Assembly (NCBI RefSeq): GCF_009914755.1 | Contig: NC_060927.1 | Origin: the human T2T-CHM13v2.0 reference genome, Homo sapiens | Strand: one strand, 5' to 3' | Length of the DNA stretch: 64,000 nucleotides | Part shown: positions 33,449 to 49,443 of the stretch, piece by piece | How positions within the stretch are numbered: the stretch's first letter is position 1 | Layout of the letters: every line of letters begins with the position of its first letter | Program-made: the position numbers and the translations under genes | Notes under the pieces: model-generated | Told to the model about the DNA's origin: nothing | The model's database searches: none | What the model saw: the letters and a program-made list of their open reading frames with translations, nothing else

Positions 33449-35656
33449 GTAAGTGGGGAGAAGAGAGAGCCATGCCTGACCATGAGGACAAACTGAAGGG
33501 ATTTGTACAATAGGCAGAGAAAGGCTTCAGGCTGGTGCCTGCCAGATCTCAGCAGAATGTTGGGGCTTGTGCTATCCCCTCACCTCACTCATTTCCCTCA
33601 ACTCCTTTGTGGCACATGGTAGAGAGAAAGCAGGCAGAACTTCCACTTGTGCCTTTGTGCCATGTCATCCACTACTTGAGTCTGTTTCACTCTTCTTCCC
33701 TCCTATCCACCCCTCTGAAGTCTCAAGGGTGACCTCCAAATTCTGGTGCACCAGGTTCAGAGCATCCTGAGCTCACTGTCACTCCTTATGAACAGAGAGC
33801 CTTTTTTAGGACTTTCAAAGCTGGAGCTAAGGTTATAACAAAGGAATATCCCCCTAACCCTGGAACTTCCAGAACTCACTAGCAGACCTTCCTTGCAGGC
33901 TAGGCTCTTCAGACCCTGCAACTGCATAGCAGCCTCACATTGTGCACTCAGTGTAGAGTATAAAGAATGTTCATCTGACTTCTTGACAGGCCAGATAGGG
34001 CTCCTTTCATTGTATCTACAATTTAATCCAATATCAAGGCCTTTTCTAACTAGAACAAATTTTAAAGCATTTCAAAGTGGCTGTCACATCTGTTTACTGA
34101 GAACCACGCTGAATCGGGGTTACGTGCATGCATGTGTGTCCTATCTGATTGACTTATGCCATCGTTCCCCCCAAAGAGCCATTTTCTCCACTGTGGTGAC
34201 CAGCCATTATGTCTTAGCTCTTAGGCGATAGGACTTGAATTTGTGTGATAGATCAGGAAATTTAAGCTATCCTTGTCTGCAAACGCTACTGCAATTAGAT
34301 AGATTTGTAGAAACAGAGAATCCTCCTTCTTTATCTCTAGCCGTTAGAGAGTGTTTGGCATAGATGGTATCTTATCTGATAGCATAGCTTGGCAAGAATT
34401 AAATCTAAAATGACTGGGCTTTGAATCTTAAATTCAGCTGACTAATAAAATAAAATGACTGGGCTGAGTCTACCATTCTCTGCATCCACTTGCACCCATG
34501 ATCCCAGCAACCCTCTGAGAGGGCATTGAAGAGAAAGACTTTGATAAATGTTATGTATCAGTAGAAGCATTTGCTAAACTCCTAGGAAACGGGGCCATGA
34601 CTGAGAGGCTGGGTCAGGGATTTTAACAGAGAAAGAGTGCTAAGCCTTGTCTCTGATGGCTCAGGGAATGACATCTGAAAAGAATATAGGCAAGGAAGAA
34701 AAAGACGTTCCATGGTTTCCTAAGCTCCAGAGGGAGGCCCTGAGTTCCACAGGGCTTGTCCCTAGAGAGAAAAGGCTTCCTGATCCCATGAGGAGGCGTG
34801 TACATTCCTTGGCAGGAAGTTCCAGTGGCAAGGGCACAGGCAAAAAGGCAAGGATGAGGAGGAGCCTAAAGAGTGGACACAGGCAAGTGGGCCTAGCTAA
34901 AACTGGAAGTGGGTCAATAAATGGTTAGAAATGAGATTCTTCATAGTCATGGGGAGTAGATTTGAGTAGGGCCTTGAAAGCCAGGCAGAAGCACAGAAGC
35001 TAGAACTAACTAACTTGCCAGTAGGAGATGCCCACTAAAAATGAACAAATAGAACAGAGAGAAAACTGTGTAATGAGGCCCCTGAGCCGTGGCTGTGATT
35101 CAGTATGACTCATCCCTTGGAATGTAGGGAGCCATGGTATTTCACTGCTGTTGTTTTACATAACCTTCTCTAATTGTTCCACACATAGAGTAAGATGTTG
35201 CCAGGCCTTCACTCTGGGTCTAGTATCAATTTAGGTTCCTTTGGTAATGGAGCCCTAAGAGCCAGTTCTGAGAAGGTTGGAAAGGAAGCTGTAGTCAGTT
35301 GAGCAAAAAGGAACCCAAGAGCTCTCTCTGATGTGTCAATGTCTCCCAAAGCAAGGCAGCCTGTGCACAGATTTTTGGGTAGCTGAACCATTCTTTATTA
35401 ATCTGGAGGCTGGAACAGGTGACCAGGCCATGGAAGGAAGGTGTCTACCAGAATATTTGGCTCCTTCATGCTGTGGACAAGGGTTATTGGCTTGTTGAGC
35501 AGCCCTACTGTTTCATCTTTAGTATCCAGTGTCCCCGACCTGGGCTGCACATGACTTGCGCTGGCATTCTGCCCAGCATAGTCCTCTGACACCAGGCTGC
35601 TCCTGGGCCTCTGAGCAAGGGAAGCCCCTGGACCTCCATGCTGTCTGTCCCCACAG

Positions 35657-35805
35657 AGGCCGCATTTACCCTGCTCCTTTACTGTGAGCTGCTGCAGTGG
35701 GAGGACCGGCCACTACGGGAATTCCTCCACTACCCATCGCAGACAGAGTGGCAGCGGAAGGAGGGACTGTGCCGGAAGATCATTCACTACTTCAACAAAG
35801 GCAAG
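35657..35805 (+). CDS. DOCK3: DOCK3 coding exon (149 nt) AAFTLLLYCELLQWEDRPLREFLHYPSQTEWQRKEGLCRKIIHYFNKGK
   Basis: ccacag| acceptor, AAG|gtatgc donor. Confidence 0.97.
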
Positions 35806-37963
35806 GTATGCATCATTAGGCAAGCCCTTTAGCCCTTCAGCTTCTGCTGTGATGCATGGCATCTTGACACCATAGGGTTAACAGCAGCTGCAGGGGGTAG
35901 TGTGTGGGGTGGTGAGTGGGTGGGTGCCTATCTATGTGCCTAAGATGTGGAGGCAGCATGATTTTCTCTGAGGGAGAAAAAGACAACAGCCTAATTCTGT
36001 GGCTTGAAAGCCATATCCAGATTGTAGGTGTTAGAGACTACCCTACATACTAGCTTTGCATATCTATAAATATGAATGCTTCTACAGCAGGGGCTTCTGG
36101 AACCCTGTTTGTTTTTATTGGATTTACTTAAAGAACTGATACGGCTTTCTAATCTGCTGCCATATAAAATATGAGTGGTAGAAATGAATGGATTTTAACC
36201 ACAGCCAAAGGCGGCCTAAACTGCCTCTTACTGGTATGTGTTCTTTTCTTAGATTTCCCTTCTCTACAGCACAGCCTGGGCTCCTCTCATATTGGGGTTA
36301 TTTTCCATCAAACTACTTTCTATGGGATTGGCAGCATTGTCAGCACTGGTTTAGGCTTCCTTGGGACTTCCCAGCCATTCTCCTCCCATCTCTGGGAGAG
36401 CTCTGTGTGGCGCCCTCTGACTACCTACTGTTAGATGGGGCCCTTGTGCTGGAAAAACTTGTTGAAGCCATTTTCTCATTACTAAGCTTTGAGCACATTT
36501 TAAAGCTGAAATAGGGTCATTCATGGAACTGTAGTAGCTGAGCCCCCAACTCAAATGGAAATTGGTTTTTGAGATGAGTTTTTTCATCAAAAAGAAAGAT
36601 TTAAACATTAATGGCTTTTGTCTATAAATCAGAAAACATTCTTCAGTTTTACATAACATGGGGGACTTCTATGTTTGTCAAAAATATTCACTCAGAAAAC
36701 ATTTCCCCATACAGAGAATGCACTGGTAAGCAAGAACCTTTCCAAAAGCGCAGAAACTCTTATGTAACCTAGCCCAGAAAGGATGCCCATGCTCAGCTCT
36801 CAGCCAGCCCATGCAACTGATCCACAATGCTGACCCAAAGCCTCTGGTCCTTGCTGATCCAGCGCCTGACACAGAGCCCCTCACATGCAGTTTTAGGCCT
36901 ATTTTCCTGGCACCTGGCTAACCTGGAGCTGCCCCTCACCCTCATGCCCAGCAAGCCCTCCTAGCTCACAGGGAATGACATAAGCGTGGTGTGAGTACGC
37001 ATGTGTGCTTCTAGTGCATTCATTCTCATTTCTTTCCATGGGCACAGAGTACAGAGTGGAGAGTTATCCTAATCTGACTGAGTCTACCCGTGGGATGCAT
37101 GAGCATTGATGGTCCCCTATTCATCCCACATTATAGTAATGCATAGAAAAGCAGGATTAAATTTTAACATGGACTAGGGAGTAAAACACAAAGTGTGCCT
37201 GAGTACTGTAGATGGACAAGAAGGAGAGAAGGACTAGGAGGCTCCATAGGCCACCTTCTCAGGAATCTCCTCACTTCTGCAATCCTGCCTTTGCCCTGAA
37301 TTTCTGGAGGAGCAGAGTCTATGCTGAGTAGAGACCACTCAGTGAGCCCCCTCATGAGCTCATCCTCAGAGGGGCAGTTATCAGACCCACTGTCTTAGGC
37401 TCACACAGAAGGCCTACCTTGTCTGTTCCTGTGCCTCAGCTCCTGATGAAACTATTAGGTGAGATTAACCAGTCCTTCTTGAAAATATTCCGGGTTTTCA
37501 AGAAGAAAACCATGGTTCTAGAAAAGCAAAACCCAGATGCTATGGGAAAAAAAAATGCTCCCGTGGGGCAGGGATGTTTAGCACCAAGAGAAAAGCCACC
37601 TTGGCAACAAGAGAAGGGCAAGGAAAGAAAGGAGGAGCAGGTAGTGAGTTTCTAGCTCTCAACACTGCCAGCACACCCTGCCTCACAAGGCAAGCCCCTC
37701 CTGGCTTTTCTTCCAGACACTACCCCCAAGAGCTGCCCCATAGGGACTGCTCATTTAGGTGATGATGGCCCCATGTAGGGCTAAAGATGCCCTGCCTGCT
37801 GACAGTAGCTTCCAGTGAAACAAATGTCCTCCAGTGGGATCAAGGCTCATCTATCTTGCTGGTATCTCTTCCCTAGTTTGTAACCATGCTGCTCCAAGGC
37901 ACTCACTCCAAGGCCTCTACTCCAGTTACCTTTAGAATGAACAAGGACAAAAAGTAGTAGAAG

Positions 37964-38148
37964 AGAAGTGATTGGATTTCAGAGACTGGTAAGGCATTTT
38001 GGAGTAGCTTTGCTTTCTGCCTGAAGGAGGGAAACCAAAGGAAAAGATGTAGATGGGGATGCATTGCACCTGTAGTACACTTGCTACCTCTGTGCAGAGG
38101 CAGCTCTCAAAGCCCCCAGACCCACCATTGTTCCAGTACACCCCTCAA
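37964..38148 (+). repeat. Copy 1 of a local 185-bp direct duplication
   Basis: aligns to 39074-39259 with about 22 differences (hand count). Confidence 0.93.
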
Positions 38149-38758
38149 AGCTGGCACATGCTCTCTGGTGTCTGCCTTAGACAACACAATCTCCCTTGGT
38201 CCCATGTTTATGTCCTGGGTACCCAAGAGGATTAGCCATGGCTAATAACATGGCCATAGCCTAGTCCTGGGCCATTCTCTCCTGTAGTGAGGTGGTTCAC
38301 TTACAAACCTGCTACAAGTTGGACTGGGCTCTGGTCCACAGACAGTCAGCTCTCCCAGGCCAGACAAGGAGAGAGGGAAACTCCAAAGAGACAGGATATG
38401 GCAGGGTGAGAGTTTAGAGAAGGAAGGGGTGATGTGAAGATCAGAGCTGGTCCTGCATCTCTAGGTGGAGGAAGCAGGCAGGAGGAGAAGCTGGACAGAG
38501 GCTAGCAAACCATCAGGGCTAGACCAGCCACTTATGTGGGAGAGGGCTTGGGCTCTCCTGCTTGAGGGTTTACCATGGTCCACACTCATTTGAAGGAATG
38601 ACTGTTACTTCTAATATGTAATGTGCAAACAGACTGCCAGACAGGTGGCCCATGCTTTTCCCTTCCTTTGCCATTTGATTAGAATGACCCCTAAGTCAGT
38701 ACAACTTTTTGTGCTGTCCCTGCGAGGGAGCAACAAGGATATATAAAAGCACATATTA

Positions 38759-39050
<292 letters not shown>

Positions 39051-39073
39051 AGCACAAATCTGCAGGAGCTGGT

Positions 39074-39259
39074 AGAAGTGACTGGATTTCAGACACTGGT
39101 AGGGAGTTTTAGAGTTAGCTTTGCCTCCTGCCTGAAGGAGGGAAACCAAGGCAAAAGATGTGGATGGGGATGCATTGCGCCTGTAGTATATTTACTAACT
39201 CTGTGCAGAGGCAGCTCTCAAAGCCCCCAAGCCCACCAGTGTTCCAGCATACCCCTCAA
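39074..39259 (+). repeat. Copy 2 of a local 185-bp direct duplication
   Basis: aligns to 37964-38148. Confidence 0.93.
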
Positions 39260-39747
39260 GGTTTGCAGAGTGTCTTAAAATTTTTGGTCCTGGCTCATTC
39301 TAAAGATAATTGTGGTGGAGAGGGGTGCCTTGGAGCATCAGGGTTACAAGCTAGGGCAGAGATGCCGGCAAGATAGATGAGCATTGATCCCAATGGAGGA
39401 GAAGACCTGTTTTTTACTGAAAGCTACTGTTAGCAGACAGGGCATCTTTAGCCACACATACAGCCATTGTCATCTAAATGAGCAGTCTCCCATGGATTGG
39501 CTCTTGGCAGGCTGGCCAGAAGTCTGTATACAACTCAGCTGTAAACTTAGCTAGCCCCCATGAAGCTGCCAGCCAGGTAGACCCTGTTGTGGGTCCATTG
39601 CTGAAACCTGCCCAAGCGGCACTTGGAGAGGACTGATATACGCCCCCTTGAAAGCTGTGATAATGGGGGTACAAGAGGCTTTCTAGCTCACTGAGGCACA
39701 GGCATTATATTAAAGCAAGGAGTCAGGGTCTATTTGAAATTCTGTTT

Positions 39748-40100
39748 GGCTGGGCATCGTGGCTCATGCCTGTAATGTCAACACTTTTGAGAGGCCAAGG
39801 TGGTAGGATGGCTTGAGACTACGAGTTTGAGACCAGCCGAGGTAACATAGCGAGACCCCATCTCTATAAAATATTTTAAAAACTAGCCAGGCATGGTGGC
39901 ACACACCTAGCCCCACCTGTAGTCCTAGCTACTCGGGAGGTTGAGGCAAGAGAATCTCTTGAGCCCAAGCATTCAAGGTTGCAGTGAACTGTGATCATGC
40001 CAGTGCATTCTAGCCTGGGTGACAGAGCAAGACCTTGTTTCCAAAAAAAACAAACAAACAACAACAAAACACACATGCACACACACAACAACAACAAAAA
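39748..40100 (+). mobile_element. AluJ-like with (CAA)/(CA) tail
   Basis: ggctgggcatcgtggctcatgcc...cagagcaagacc. Confidence 0.9.
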
Positions 40101-40264
40101 CCTCTTTGGTTTGTTTTAGTCTTTTTAATTGGTCCTGCAGTTTCAATCCATATGGTGTTAATTTCTTTGAAGGATAGAAAAATGTACTCTTTTGAGAAAC
40201 ACAACCCCAAATGAAACAGTGTTTTCCTTCTCCTTGATGCTATTTCAAAGAGTATTCTTACAAA

Positions 40265-40485
40265 TATAGTCCTTATGTTTAATGATTTATGCTGAAATAT
40301 TTACCGGTGAAATTATATCTGAGATTTGTTTCAAATACTATGGGGAGGAATAAGTGAATAGGGTATGAATAATACAAGATTGGCTGTGAGTTGGTCATTG
40401 TTGAAGCTGGATGATGGATAAGGGTTTATTCTTCTAGTCTCTCTACTTTTCTATATGCTTAAATTTCCTATAATAAAACATTTTT
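40265..40485 (+). mobile_element. Old L1M 3' terminus
   Basis: caagattggc...attgttgaagctgg.tgatgg...tttcctataataaaa. Confidence 0.7.
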
Positions 40486-40566
40486 ATTAGTATTGAGAAG
40501 TTGGGGAGCCTGGGTAAAATATCAAGTAAACTAATGACCCTCAATCTAACCAAAAGAGGTATATAT

Positions 40567-42544
<1,978 letters not shown>

Positions 42545-42819
42545 TTAAAGGAGGAAATGGATAATATCGCCTCTTAATGAAGGCCACTGCAGCCTTCTCT
42601 CAGGCTGTTGCATGGGCATGTTGCTGTAACAAGAGCCATACCACAGAAAGCCTGGAATCTAACTAGGCAAGGATCATCTGAAGCCTAATTTAAGGTCAAA
42701 TAGTTCCATAAAGGAAATTGTCAGACCTACTGCCAAGTCCTTGAGTAGGCATTTTCTTCTTGGTTTCCATACTTGTTTCTGAGCTTAAACTATCTTAATC
42801 TAAAAATTAGTGTTTCATT

Positions 42820-43110
42820 ATCTCATCAAATAAATCTTTATTGAGTACCTGATACATCCCTGGCATTGTTCTAGTCTCTGAGAACAAAATAAACAGGGTC
42901 CCTGCCCTCATTCTGTTTCTCATCTGATTGAGACTAATACAACAAGAAAAGTAAGTAATTTTTTTAAATTAAGATAACTTCATAGTAACAGAACAGAAAT
43001 GGACAAGGAAGTGCCTGTTCTTGACAAAGCAGTCAGGGAAGGCCTCTTGGAGGTGGAGACATTTGAGCAGAGACCTAAAAACTATGCTTGAGCTAGAAAG
43101 CCACACGGCT
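42820..43110 (-). mobile_element. L2 fragment
   Basis: tttattgagtacct...gtccctgccctca...cagggaaggcctc.tggagg. Confidence 0.7.
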
Positions 43111-43271
43111 GTGTCATGCCCCCCAAATTGGTCTTGAGGTATATGTTCTTTGTGACACATGAGTTGGAGCTGGCGGGAGACCTTTTGTTGTGTGTCTTCT
43201 GATGTGTTTAATGTGGGCTTAGGCTATTCTGAAGATGAGATGCTGAAGCCCTGTTTCTGTTTCTGACACAG

Positions 43272-43358
43272 AGCTGGGAGTTTGGGATCCCACTGTGCAG
43301 GGAGCTGGCGTGTCAGTACGAGAGCCTCTATGATTACCAGAGCCTCAGCTGGATTCGG
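43272..43358 (+). CDS. DOCK3: DOCK3 coding exon (87 nt) SWEFGIPLCRELACQYESLYDYQSLSWIR
   Basis: acacag| acceptor, CGG|gtgagc donor. Confidence 0.96.
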
Positions 43359-44707
43359 GTGAGCTGTGCCCCTCCCCCCACCCCAGCCCTGACTGGCATC
43401 AGTTTCTAAATGAGCGTTCTCTATGGGCCCAGCCCTTAGTTTAGTGCTGTGGACAATACAAGAGAAACAAAAGCCAAGACTCCTGCCCTCAGGACACTTG
43501 CAGTCTGACTAGGAAACCAAAAATAACACCTGACAAATAATTGTATGATCTAGACCCCAAGAGCCACTGGTGCTCAGAGAAGGGAGAAGTGGCATAGGCA
43601 GGATAGGATGGTGGTTTCAAGAAGGAGGTGGCAGCTCAACTTCACAGAGAAGCTTTTCCTGGAATGGTTTTGTTTATGGATGCTTCATCCAAAATCTTTT
43701 TAAGAGCTTTCCCCACTTTGCTTATGGTCACTTTTAAGCATGTTGTACTTGCTGCCTTCTTTGATGCAGAATATTAAAAAATTAAATCAAATGCTCGATG
43801 GCTTTGAAGGTCTGCGCCAAATTTTTCCTGGTTGCTGGTGCTCGGTTCTGAATCATAATGGCTGCTGATTTCATCAGCAAAAAAGAGGCTAGCAGTCTCA
43901 ACTCACCCTTTCTGCACCCTCATCTTTGTGGCTAACTCTCCTGTTCTATGATCCAGATTGGTGTTTGGGCATGTTCCTCTAGCAGTGGCTTCTTAACCAG
44001 TTCTGGCAGGCTGGCTTGATTGAATGCATTATAGCTATCTTCCCAATCAAAGTTGCAGTGAGTTTTTTTCTGAATGTGAAGCCAGGTCAGCCACAAGTAA
44101 AAAAGTTACAGACCTTGGAATGCTAGACATCATGGATATTAGTTAGCTTTTCAAGTTTAAAATATCTTAACTTGGAGTGAGTACCAGTGCTGTTGTCATC
44201 TGAGCCTTCCTCACTACAGTTGTTAGCATCTTTAGTCAGATGATAGATGAACAAGAGTTGGACTGATGCAAAATGGTGGTGAGAATTGATGGTAGCCAGC
44301 TACAAGCAACCTAGTCAGAGGTCAACTGGTATAGTGAGTATTGGTCAAAACCAGAAATCCCCAGGCAGAAAATGTCCGTGTTAAAAGTGTGCCTCCCAAG
44401 TACAGTAAGCCCAGATCTCTATAGGGCTGAGTCCATTCCCTAGGAAGGACATTCACAGCAGCTGCACGTGGCTGCAGTGGGCAGGCCTGTCCCCATCCCA
44501 CCATCAGACAGTGGTGATGGAGGGCTTTCTCTTCCATGATGAAACTCCCTGGAGAGAGGCTGGTCATGTCTAGAGGCTCACTTACTTCTTATCTAGATTG
44601 AGTTGCCATGATCCCTTTCCAGAAGACAGTGTCCAGTTGGGCCTGGGAGAACTTCCTTTGGATACCAACAGCAGTCAAGCCAACCTGAAGACCTTTCTCA
44701 TTCACAG

Positions 44708-44812
44708 AAAATGGAGGCCAGCTACTATGACAACATTATGGAGCAGCAACGCCTGGAGCCTGAGTTCTTTCGGGTCGGCTTCTATGGCAGGAAGTTTCCT
44801 TTCTTTCTTCGG
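44708..44812 (+). CDS. DOCK3: DOCK3 coding exon (105 nt) KMEASYYDNIMEQQRLEPEFFRVGFYGRKFPFFLR
   Basis: tcacag| acceptor, CGG|gtgagt donor; DHR-2 FRVGFYG motif. Confidence 0.97.
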
Positions 44813-45226
44813 GTGAGTCCATTCAGATGGTCACAAGAACTTATATATTTTACGCATAATTCACTTAAAACCGATATTCTTTTCTTCCCCTTTTTGCCTT
44901 TTCTACTGAATACTTCTTTACAGAGGATAAACCAGTTAACAACAGGCATTTGGTTTTATTTGACTGGACTGGCTGCCAACTTCAGACTCTGTTTTAGTCT
45001 GCTCTGTTATTCTGTAGCTACCAGGAATGTGTGAGGGTGGCTTTCTTACTAAATCAATGGAGTTTCTTCAGGAAGTGACCAGGGTCTAAGAGTGTGCCAT
45101 AGGTGCCTTCCAACTTCTGCCTCCAGTGCCTGGAACCTCCATTGTGACTCTTCTCAGCCATATAGGGCACCAGTAAAGCACTGACTTTAACAGTAGACTG
45201 GCCTCTTAGGGTTTGTCATCTAAGAT

Positions 45227-45283
45227 GATGGTTTTTCCTCCTGGCTGCACTGTAGCCTGTGCAGCCAGGATGGAGAACTGTTG
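45227..45283. mobile_element. Internally collapsed MER5-family element (TIRs only)
   Basis: tggttttt.ctcctggctgcac [8 nt] gtgcagccaggatggagaact resembles both MER5A1 ends. Confidence 0.65.
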
Positions 45284-45970
45284 GTATGAGAGAACCTGAA
45301 GAACACAGCATGTGGCTCCTAGGATCCTGAGGGAGCTGCCAAGCACTGGGTTTGGCTGTAGAAAGCCTCTTCTAGGCAGCCAGTTCTCTGACCCAGGATG
45401 ACAACAGCCTTTTCTCCCTACCGTTCCCTGGCAGGCTGAACTGGAATATAAAAAGAGTGGAAAGGATGACTGAGCATAGATCTACTGACACCAGTTGTGA
45501 TTTTCTTATTTATTCAGCACAACTCAGAGGCTCTAGGAGTAGTCAACATACACTATAGGCTGAATCCCATAGAGATGTGTTCTCAGATGATCTAAATGAA
45601 GCTGCCCTGATGTGTGGGCCCTGGAGCAGTTGAGACCTAATTGCTAATCGCTGATCACCCCCAGTTCCAATATCTTTAACTAAAGTTCACTGTCCACAAG
45701 CCTCAGCAAGTAGCTGGGAAAATTCCCTTTGATATGTTTGGGATCCTGTCTTCTTGGAGAAATTGGGTTAGCCAATGAGCAATAACAAGCTTGTTATCAC
45801 ATCAAAGGTCAACCGGGCTTAATAGCTCCTTTAAAAAAAGCTAGTCTGCTAGCGGCAGAGTCCAGGCTAACCACATTGCAGAAGTAAGGCAGGTCAACTT
45901 GCACTTTTCTTGGGCAGTAATCATTCTAGGCTAGAAGGAAAAACGATCTGTGTGAGCACTGGCAATATGA

Positions 45971-46425
<455 letters not shown>

Positions 46426-47700
46426 TAGTGACCATCCAGCCCAGGCATTTTAGAAGTGGCATATTTGCTAGCCCCATCAGCATAGATCATATAAGAATAA
46501 TGGAAGTGGTGGAAGTCAGCAAAAGAAGTAGAAGCAATTGTACAAGAACTAGAAACCAAAAGCATTTCCAGAAAGTCCTTTGACAAACTAATGATTCTGG
46601 TCTTGTAACTTGCCTTTTTCTCATTTTATCTTTTCAAATTATGCTTTCTTGTCATTTTCTTCTTCCTGTATAGATCCACAATTTGTACATCAAAAATGAA
46701 ATTTCACTATAAAACATCATTATTTTGGATATTACAGAATCAGGCCCTGGTATCCCCTGTTTCTGTTCTGCCAAGCAGGAATGCTCCATCGTAGTCCAAC
46801 CTGTTTCCCACCCTTTCATGCTCATGTCACAGGACACATTAGTGTCTCAGGGTTGTTGGAGCTTTCTGACAGGTAGGACCTGGCATAAAACCTGCATCTA
46901 AGCCATCCACATCATGCTCACAAGTAACAGTCCAAATGTTCAAATGTGGTTTCAAAGACCCTGGGAATGGAGGAAAAATAACAAGAGGTGTTAGGAAATA
47001 TCACCCATCAATCGATTCCCATCTCCACACAAGATGCAATCTCAACGAGAGGCATAATGCATGTATAATTCATGCATACAAATTTCCTCAGCCAACCCAC
47101 ATGCTACCTTCCCTTATTTCAGCTGCTCAGTTCATCTGTGGCAGAATAATAAGTCCCAGTGGAGGTAGCTCTTTGCCTTGCCCATGGTGGGAATCAGGTA
47201 CAAAGCAGTGGGGGCCAGATCTGTCTTTTGTGGGGATGCTGGAGCTCTTGCCCAAGTGAATATGAAACCAACAGTCAGCCTCAAGGTCAACACTGTGTGC
47301 GTTCTTCCTGCTGGGCCTTCCCCAGAAGGCTAGGCTACTCTCCTACCATCCCTGAATGCACAGGCCATCTATTACTTTAGCTCTATCAGCTTGGTTTCTC
47401 TGGGCCATCTGCCTGCCTCGCCTCACAAATGTGATTATCTATTAATCTGCAAAGAGTCAGGAAAACATCCAACCCTCCCTTCTTGAGGGAATTTATATTT
47501 CTCATTTGACCCATGAACAGACGTTGATGAGGGTTGTACATATGAATGATATGAAAAGGCTAGTTCTTCACAAGTACTTTCTTTGTCAGTTTTATTTATC
47601 AAGCAAAAGATGTAGAAATATCTCTGTCCTTTGACTACTGGTCTGTTCCACTGGAGAGGCCAGCCTGCTCCTCCTGACCTTAACTTTCTTCCTAGCGTTA

Positions 47701-48052
<352 letters not shown>

Positions 48053-48135
48053 CAGACACATGGCCCAGCCTTAGCCAAGTTCTCCCATAGTGAGAGAGGA
48101 AGTAAAAATGAGACAGAAATCCTATTTCAAGAAGA

Positions 48136-48256
48136 TCAGGGTCTTACAAGGCCTGCCCTGTGATTAACCCTGTCCCAGGAAGCATATGGCTGGCCCTGTG
48201 ACGCCTCTCTCTCTCTTTCTTCCTTTGAAGACATGCCAAGAGGGGCTGGCAGTGCC
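48136..48256 (+). repeat. Copy 1 of a local 120-bp direct duplication
   Basis: aligns to 48710-48826 with 6 substitutions and one 4-nt (CT) indel. Confidence 0.95.
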
Positions 48257-48604
48257 TGATACCATTTTGTTGAAATGGGTCTGGCTAGGCAGTTGGATGG
48301 GCAGACTGCATCACCAGTGGGTTTCAGGGGAACTTCCTCCAGCCACCCACTCATGACCAGCTATGACATAGGCAGAGCAAGCAGAGTTGGGGGTGCCTTG
48401 TCCACAAAGAGAAAAACTGAGACATAACCAAAAGTAAATGTGACATAACATAAAGTTTTAAGAAGTCTGTACTTAGCATGATGTTTATTTGTTCTGCTGA
48501 CATGTTTGCAAAGAAATTTGCTGCCAAAGGGTTACTAATGCAATAAACAGTTACTGAATACCTACTGGGCACTGGGCAACATTAGACTGTTTCTCCCAAC
48601 TAAT

Positions 48605-49215
48605 AAAAGTGATCCTTCAGAATCACACACTTGATCACCACCCCCCCCCCATTTAAAATTATTTGGTGGCACCCATAGCAATCACTCCTTGGTAACATTG
48701 GAGTCAGGGTCAGGGTATTCCAAGGCCTGCCCAGTGATTAACCCTGTCCCGGGAAGCATATGGCTGGCCCTGTGATGCCTCTCTCTTTCTTCCTTTGAAG
48801 ACATGTCAAGAGGGGCTGGCAGTGCCCCCTCTGCCCAACTGCTTCTACCAGTTCTCTACACAGACACCTTCTTTCCAGCTCCACCTTTTCCTGTCTTGAT
48901 TGTTGTTGCCCTGGTTGTCACGGTACCCACATAGATTGCCCTTCTCCACTCACACCATACCATACCAGCCTGACCTAGGTGGACCTTTCAGGACGTTTTT
49001 TTAACATAGCTTTTTCTAAAATCCCATCTCCCACCTTGCTCTCTTTCCTGCGTAAGGTTTTTCTTCTTCTTCCAAGCTTCTTGCAGCCTGTACCCTTCCC
49101 TTGGGGCTGCCACACCACAGTGTAATTCTCGCTTTGTTTTTCTTCTGCCTCCTTGAGTGCAATGCCCTGTGCCTGTCCCAGGGCCTGATACAGAGAAGGC
49201 TCCTAAGATATGTTT
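48605..49215 (+). mobile_element. Degenerate L2
   Basis: gtgatccttcagaat...tgatca...tttaaaa; 3' end cagggcctgatacagagaaggctcctaagatatgtttg. Confidence 0.6.
48710..48826 (+). repeat. Copy 2 of a local 120-bp direct duplication
   Basis: aligns to 48136-48256. Confidence 0.95.
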
Positions 49216-49301
49216 GTGCTATATGTAGCTACTGACTCCAGGGTGGAGGTGGGGGGCTACAAGCAAAGCATACATAGAGTGTGCTCTTCTGTTTGTGGCA
49301 G

Positions 49302-49443
49302 AACAAAGAATACGTGTGCCGTGGCCATGACTACGAGAGGCTGGAGGCCTTCCAGCAGAGGATGCTCAGTGAGTTTCCGCAGGCTGTCGCCATGCAGCAC
49401 CCCAACCATCCTGATGACGCCATCCTACAGTGCGATGCCCAGT
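49302..49443 (+). CDS. DOCK3: DOCK3 coding exon (142 nt) NKEYVCRGHDYERLEAFQQRMLSEFPQAVAMQHPNHPDDAILQCDAQ(Y)
   Basis: tggcag| acceptor; ends at U12-type donor T|GTATCCTTT. Confidence 0.96.
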
